DNA of 56,382 nt, from IMG/VR virus record IMGVR_UViG_3300049919_000129, positions 1-56,382 of that record, one strand, 5' to 3'. The stretch is from a virus (taxonomy: Duplodnaviria; Caudoviricetes). The notes beneath the pieces were generated by a model. That model searched no databases. It was not told where the DNA came from and saw only the letters and a list, made by a program, of their open reading frames with translations. The position numbers and the translations under genes are program-made. Shown in pieces: positions 52,763-56,382 of this stretch (within the stretch, counting starts at the first letter, position 1; every line of letters starts with the position of its first letter).

Positions 52763-54250
52763 ATGCATTGTGAATATTGCGGTTCTATCAATTTAAAAAG
52801 TCTTGGTGTTCGGATGTTGGGCAAGGAGCGAAAAATCAAATATAAGTGTGGTTCTTGTAGCCGCACCCAACATTCAGATTATTCCGTGCCTAAACCCGTT
52901 ATCGGTGTTAGCTACGTGGTCACGTCAGCAACAGACTCCTTCCCTATTAATAAGAGATTCCTTGCAGTGCTCAAAAAATATTGTGCGCATAATTCGGCAA
53001 AGCTTGCAGTTATCCCTGTGAATAATAAACAACCATTTAACGAGTTTAGATATTCCGATGAAATTAAACCACATTTGGTTTCGGATAATATCAATCTAGG
53101 TGATGATTCGGTCATAATGGGTTCCATTCATTTGGGTACAACTTTGGAGAACCCTTTAGGTAGCCTAAATTCATTTTCAAAAGGAAAGACCGTTATCCTA
53201 GGTCATCCGCAAATTCAGATGCGAACTCTCCCCAGAAAGAATGAAAAATACCCGCCTATCATGACAACTACTGGTAGTGTATCAATCCCAAATTATGGTG
53301 AAAACAAAACCTCGCAAAAGGCAAATTTTAACCATTCTTTTTCGGCGGTTTTCATTTCTGGAACGACACCAAGATCGATTCGTCACCTTAATTATGATGG
53401 CGTTGGGTTCTATGACCTTGGTACATATTACACTGAAGATGCAATCACAGTTGAGAACAAGATCACCGCTATCGTTACCGGCGATGAACATGTTATGTTC
53501 TACGACAAAGAAGTTTTTGATGCCACGTATGGTAAGGATGGTATTGTTGCTGCGTTGAAACCAGATTTCATTGTTCGACATGATGTTTTGGATTGCTATT
53601 CCATATCACATCATCATAAACATAACGTGTTTACTCGATATGCAAAGAATATGAGTGGGATCGATTCGATTGAACGAGAACTTAACCAGACGCTTAAATT
53701 TATCGAAGATACCACCCCAGAAAAGACTCAATCCATTATCGTCCCGAGTAATCATAATAGCCATCTTTTCCGCTGGTTAAACGAAGCCGATCCAAAGGTC
53801 GATCTTGTTAATGCAAAGATTTACCATAAATTAATGTGGTTGATGCTCGACAATGGTACCGTTGTTAATAACACACCGAAGTACCCAGACCCATTTGAAC
53901 TGTATAGCCGAGAGTTGTATAAAGAGGGAAAAATGTCTAAGGATAAGATTCGATTTTTGACTTCAGACGATGATTTTTTGATTCATGAGATCGATGTTAA
54001 TAACCATGGAGATTTGGGTGTTAATGGCGCAAAGGGAAATCGACTTCAATTTAAGGATTTGCCGAATAAATCGATTGTTGGACATAGCCATTCCCCCGGA
54101 ATAAATGCAGGGTGCTACCAAGTTGGGACATCTTCGAACCTGAGACTTGAATATAACAAAGGTCTAAGTTCATGGCACACCTGCCATTGCATTATTCATA
54201 AGAATGGAAAGCGGCAGTTGGTTTTCCTTGTGGATGGAAAATGGAAATGA
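52763..54250 (+). CDS. Calcineurin-like metallophosphoesterase with N-terminal Zn ribbon
   Basis: CEYC...CGSC; GDEH, HDVLD, SNH, HGD, GHSH. Confidence 0.75.
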   Translation: MHCEYCGSINLKSLGVRMLGKERKIKYKCGSCSRTQHSDYSVPKPVIGVSYVVTSATDSFPINKRFLAVLKKYCAHNSAKLAVIPVNNKQPFNEFRYSDEIKPHLVSDNINLGDDSVIMGSIHLGTTLENPLGSLNSFSKGKTVILGHPQIQMRTLPRKNEKYPPIMTTTGSVSIPNYGENKTSQKANFNHSFSAVFISGTTPRSIRHLNYDGVGFYDLGTYYTEDAITVENKITAIVTGDEHVMFYDKEVFDATYGKDGIVAALKPDFIVRHDVLDCYSISHHHKHNVFTRYAKNMSGIDSIERELNQTLKFIEDTTPEKTQSIIVPSNHNSHLFRWLNEADPKVDLVNAKIYHKLMWLMLDNGTVVNNTPKYPDPFELYSRELYKEGKMSKDKIRFLTSDDDFLIHEIDVNNHGDLGVNGAKGNRLQFKDLPNKSIVGHSHSPGINAGCYQVGTSSNLRLEYNKGLSSWHTCHCIIHKNGKRQLVFLVDGKWK

Positions 54251-54258
54251 ACAGGATG

Positions 54259-54266
54259 GATAAATA
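54259..54266 (+). promoter_or_regulatory. Late promoter GATAAATA
   Basis: Upstream of 54298. Confidence 0.75.
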
Positions 54267-54297
54267 CTACATACTAACCATTATGCAGGAATAATAA

Positions 54298-54861
54298 ATG
54301 ACACCACAAGAAGCCAAATCCATCGTTGATTCGATGAAACTCGAAGAAGGTAAAGGCGCTGCAGCTATGGCTCTAGTCGGAACCATGATCCTCGGTGGGG
54401 CTTCTTTGGTGGGTGCTGATGCAAACGGCGATAATGCTAGGGCACATGCCGCAACCCAGAAGGAATATGATTCTGCTAAGAAAGTAGCAAATCCGATAAC
54501 TGATCCAGTTAAATTTCGGAAGGCTTTGGCAAAGGCTAAGAAGATCAACGAAAGTATCGATCTTTATGAAGGGTATGCACTAGATAATGCAAAGGCAGCT
54601 GGTGCGCACCGTGATATGAGTTTTCAGGCGGCTGCAGACCATAATGCAGAAATGAATAAGACTGGTGGGGTTAAGCCTAACGTACACACCGTTATGATAA
54701 AAAGTAAACTTGGAATGGCATGGAGCACACATCCGAATAAAGAAGCTGCGGAAAAGCATGCAGAAATGTTGCGTGAAGGTCTGGGTTCGGATAAAACAGC
54801 TTTCGTTAAGCATTATATGTTTGATGAAAACGGTAAAGAAATCGTTCATTCAAAGGGGTAA
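54298..54861 (+). CDS. Hypothetical protein with one hydrophobic helix
   Basis: LEE^G, AAAMALVGTMILGGASLVG, INE^S, LYE^G. Confidence 0.55.
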   Translation: MTPQEAKSIVDSMKLEEGKGAAAMALVGTMILGGASLVGADANGDNARAHAATQKEYDSAKKVANPITDPVKFRKALAKAKKINESIDLYEGYALDNAKAAGAHRDMSFQAAADHNAEMNKTGGVKPNVHTVMIKSKLGMAWSTHPNKEAAEKHAEMLREGLGSDKTAFVKHYMFDENGKEIVHSKG

Positions 54862-54865
54862 CACG

Positions 54866-55039
54866 ATGAAAACAAAAACATACAAAGTTATTGCAACATA
54901 TACGGAAAACGGCAAACAAAAATCGGAGAATGCAACGTTTACTGGAATGGATCGAAGTGAGGCTGAAGCGCACCTTAGACATTACGCTAAATCTGAGGGT
55001 TGGACTAACCTGAAAATCAAGCACCTTACTGTTCAGTAA
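54866..55039 (+). CDS. Small hypothetical protein
   Basis: AGGGG RBS before ATG 54866. Confidence 0.5.
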   Translation: MKTKTYKVIATYTENGKQKSENATFTGMDRSEAEAHLRHYAKSEGWTNLKIKHLTVQ

Positions 55040-55042
55040 TAA

Positions 55043-55831
55043 GTGAAAAAATACAGCCAGATCATTGAGCAGTTCGCAGCGGATTCCGTCAAACCGAATC
55101 CGCTGGGATACAATCGTGAAAAATATCTTAAAGGTGATATGTTCAAGGTTGGCGACATCGTTGAATGTGCTTCTGGAACGGCTGAGATTCTTTCTCTTGG
55201 TACAAATTATGTTACCCTCATCCGTGAGGGTAAGACCTTCAAGTCGTGGATTTCTGATATTCATATTTCAAAGATTAAACTTGTTGAAAAAAGTGCATCT
55301 GGATTTCAGTATAAGGGATACTCAACAAAGAATCTCCCGAAGTCGATCATAGAAGAATTTAAGGGTATCGAGGTTTCATACTCCGATTCATTTGCCATGT
55401 TTAATTGCATAGTATCATGTGATAAATTGTTTGGTGTGACTGAAGCATCCATACAGGAAGATTTTGGTAAGTATAAAAGAGAGTTCGACAAAACAAACAG
55501 GTACTTGAAAAAGTTTAAAATTAAGCTGGATGAGATTTCTTCCATAGAAGATGCTCTTCTTGAATATGCGATTTTAAATGACGTTAGTTTTTGCGCAGAC
55601 AAGCTGAAGATAGCCAATGCCATCGTTGTAGCTCTCGGTGGGTCTCTTGATGAGGGGTGCAGTTTATCCGATATGATAAATAGTTCAGTAACTGAATTTA
55701 AGAATCGCAGAAATCCCGACGAAGCTTGGAAGTTAGCAGGATCGATGCTCAATAGGGCTAGTGACTCTGGTATTTCTTGGGATAAAGATATTTTGAAACA
55801 AAGCACACGTAAAATTATGGGAATAAGATAA
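55043..55831 (+). CDS. Hypothetical protein
   Basis: MKKYSQIIE leader; REKYLKGDMFKVGDIVE SH3-like segment. Confidence 0.6.
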   Translation: MKKYSQIIEQFAADSVKPNPLGYNREKYLKGDMFKVGDIVECASGTAEILSLGTNYVTLIREGKTFKSWISDIHISKIKLVEKSASGFQYKGYSTKNLPKSIIEEFKGIEVSYSDSFAMFNCIVSCDKLFGVTEASIQEDFGKYKREFDKTNRYLKKFKIKLDEISSIEDALLEYAILNDVSFCADKLKIANAIVVALGGSLDEGCSLSDMINSSVTEFKNRRNPDEAWKLAGSMLNRASDSGISWDKDILKQSTRKIMGIR

Positions 55832-56091
55832 TGTCAGAATCACTAAAGTTAAGAGCCGAAGCCAAAGCTGCTGCATTCACCGCAGCTGGATATGTTGTCG
55901 GCGATATAGTTCATGAAACCGGTAGAAGTTTTTTCAAATCTGTTGATATTCATGGAAATGAGAGGGTGCACGCTTACACAGACGGTGGGGCAGAAGTCCT
56001 AGCTAAGGAGACCCCAGTTGAAGTCGCTGTTGAACCAGTTGAAGTCGCTGAGAAAAAGAAACCAAAACCTGCAAGGAAACCTAAAAAATGA
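55831..56091 (+). CDS. Hypothetical protein with VEPVEVA repeat
   Basis: Coupled to upstream stop; similar to the next ORF. Confidence 0.6.
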   Translation: MSESLKLRAEAKAAAFTAAGYVVGDIVHETGRSFFKSVDIHGNERVHAYTDGGAEVLAKETPVEVAVEPVEVAEKKKPKPARKPKK

Positions 56092-56382
56092 ATTTCAAAG
56101 ACCGCGCCGAAACCTCATATAAAAGATATTCTGCCACCGAGGCATATGTCATGGGGATGATTGTTAACACAAAAGATTCTAGTTATTTTTATGCTACCGA
56201 CTCTTCTGGTATTATTCGTAAATTCTACTTCGATGAAAATACAACCCACATCACAGTTGAACCAGTTGAAGTCGCTGTTGAACCAGTTGAAGTCGCTGTT
56301 GAACCAGTTGAAGTCGCTGTTGAACCAGTTGAAGTCGCTGTTGAACCAGTTGAAGTCGCTGTTGAACCAGTTGAAGTCGCTG
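56088..56382 (+). CDS. Hypothetical protein, paralog of the previous ORF, truncated by window end
   Basis: MNFKDRAE...YVMGMIV...D..G..R, then (VEPVEVA)n. Confidence 0.6.
   Translation, partial: MNFKDRAETSYKRYSATEAYVMGMIVNTKDSSYFYATDSSGIIRKFYFDENTTHITVEPVEVAVEPVEVAVEPVEVAVEPVEVAVEPVEVAVEPVEVA
56256..56382 (+). repeat. 21-bp tandem repeat, about 6 copies to window end
   Basis: GTTGAACCAGTTGAAGTCGCT unit; related copies at about 56013-56049. Confidence 0.95.

Noticed and set aside
56256-56382. Possible CRISPR array
   Set aside because: Repeats are head-to-tail with no spacers and are in frame in a coding sequence
1-56382. Stop-codon reassignment
   Set aside because: Core genes are full length in the standard code; the few breaks are frameshifts or intein splits
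1-56382. tRNA or rRNA genes
   Set aside because: No cloverleaf with a T-arm consensus or rRNA-like sequence recognised by eye; tRNAscan-SE would be needed to exclude fully

Overview
Fragment of a T4-like myophage genome in the standard genetic code, with marine/cyanophage-type core gene order: gp14-15-16-17-18-19-20-67-21-22-23, an accessory block, then gp3-uvsY-uvsW-gp55-47-46-[rIIA-rIIB]-45-44-62-regA-hsp20-[ligase]-43-uvsX-41, then late accessory genes. All family assignments come from motif recognition and synteny, not database searches. Main points of interest: (1) a ~650-nt ORF-free, densely base-paired region upstream of uvsY with a near-consensus sigma70 promoter and a late promoter both pointing into it on the minus strand, a candidate large ncRNA or RNA-primed origin; (2) late-promoter-driven genes with T4 internal-protein-like capsid-targeting leaders fused to enzyme folds (kinase-like, PD-(D/E)xK nuclease, SAM methyltransferase plus partner domain), a candidate packaged and injected effector set; (3) a large terminase fractured at Walker A by an atypically split intein with a free-standing endonuclease between the halves; (4) an HNH intein in the portal; (5) tandem Hef-like endonucleases each preceded by the same 39-bp dual promoter; (6) a HAD nucleotidase interrupted at a prfB-like CTT-TGA-C site. 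The late promoter consensus appears to be GATAAATA. No tRNA, rRNA or CRISPR array was recognised.
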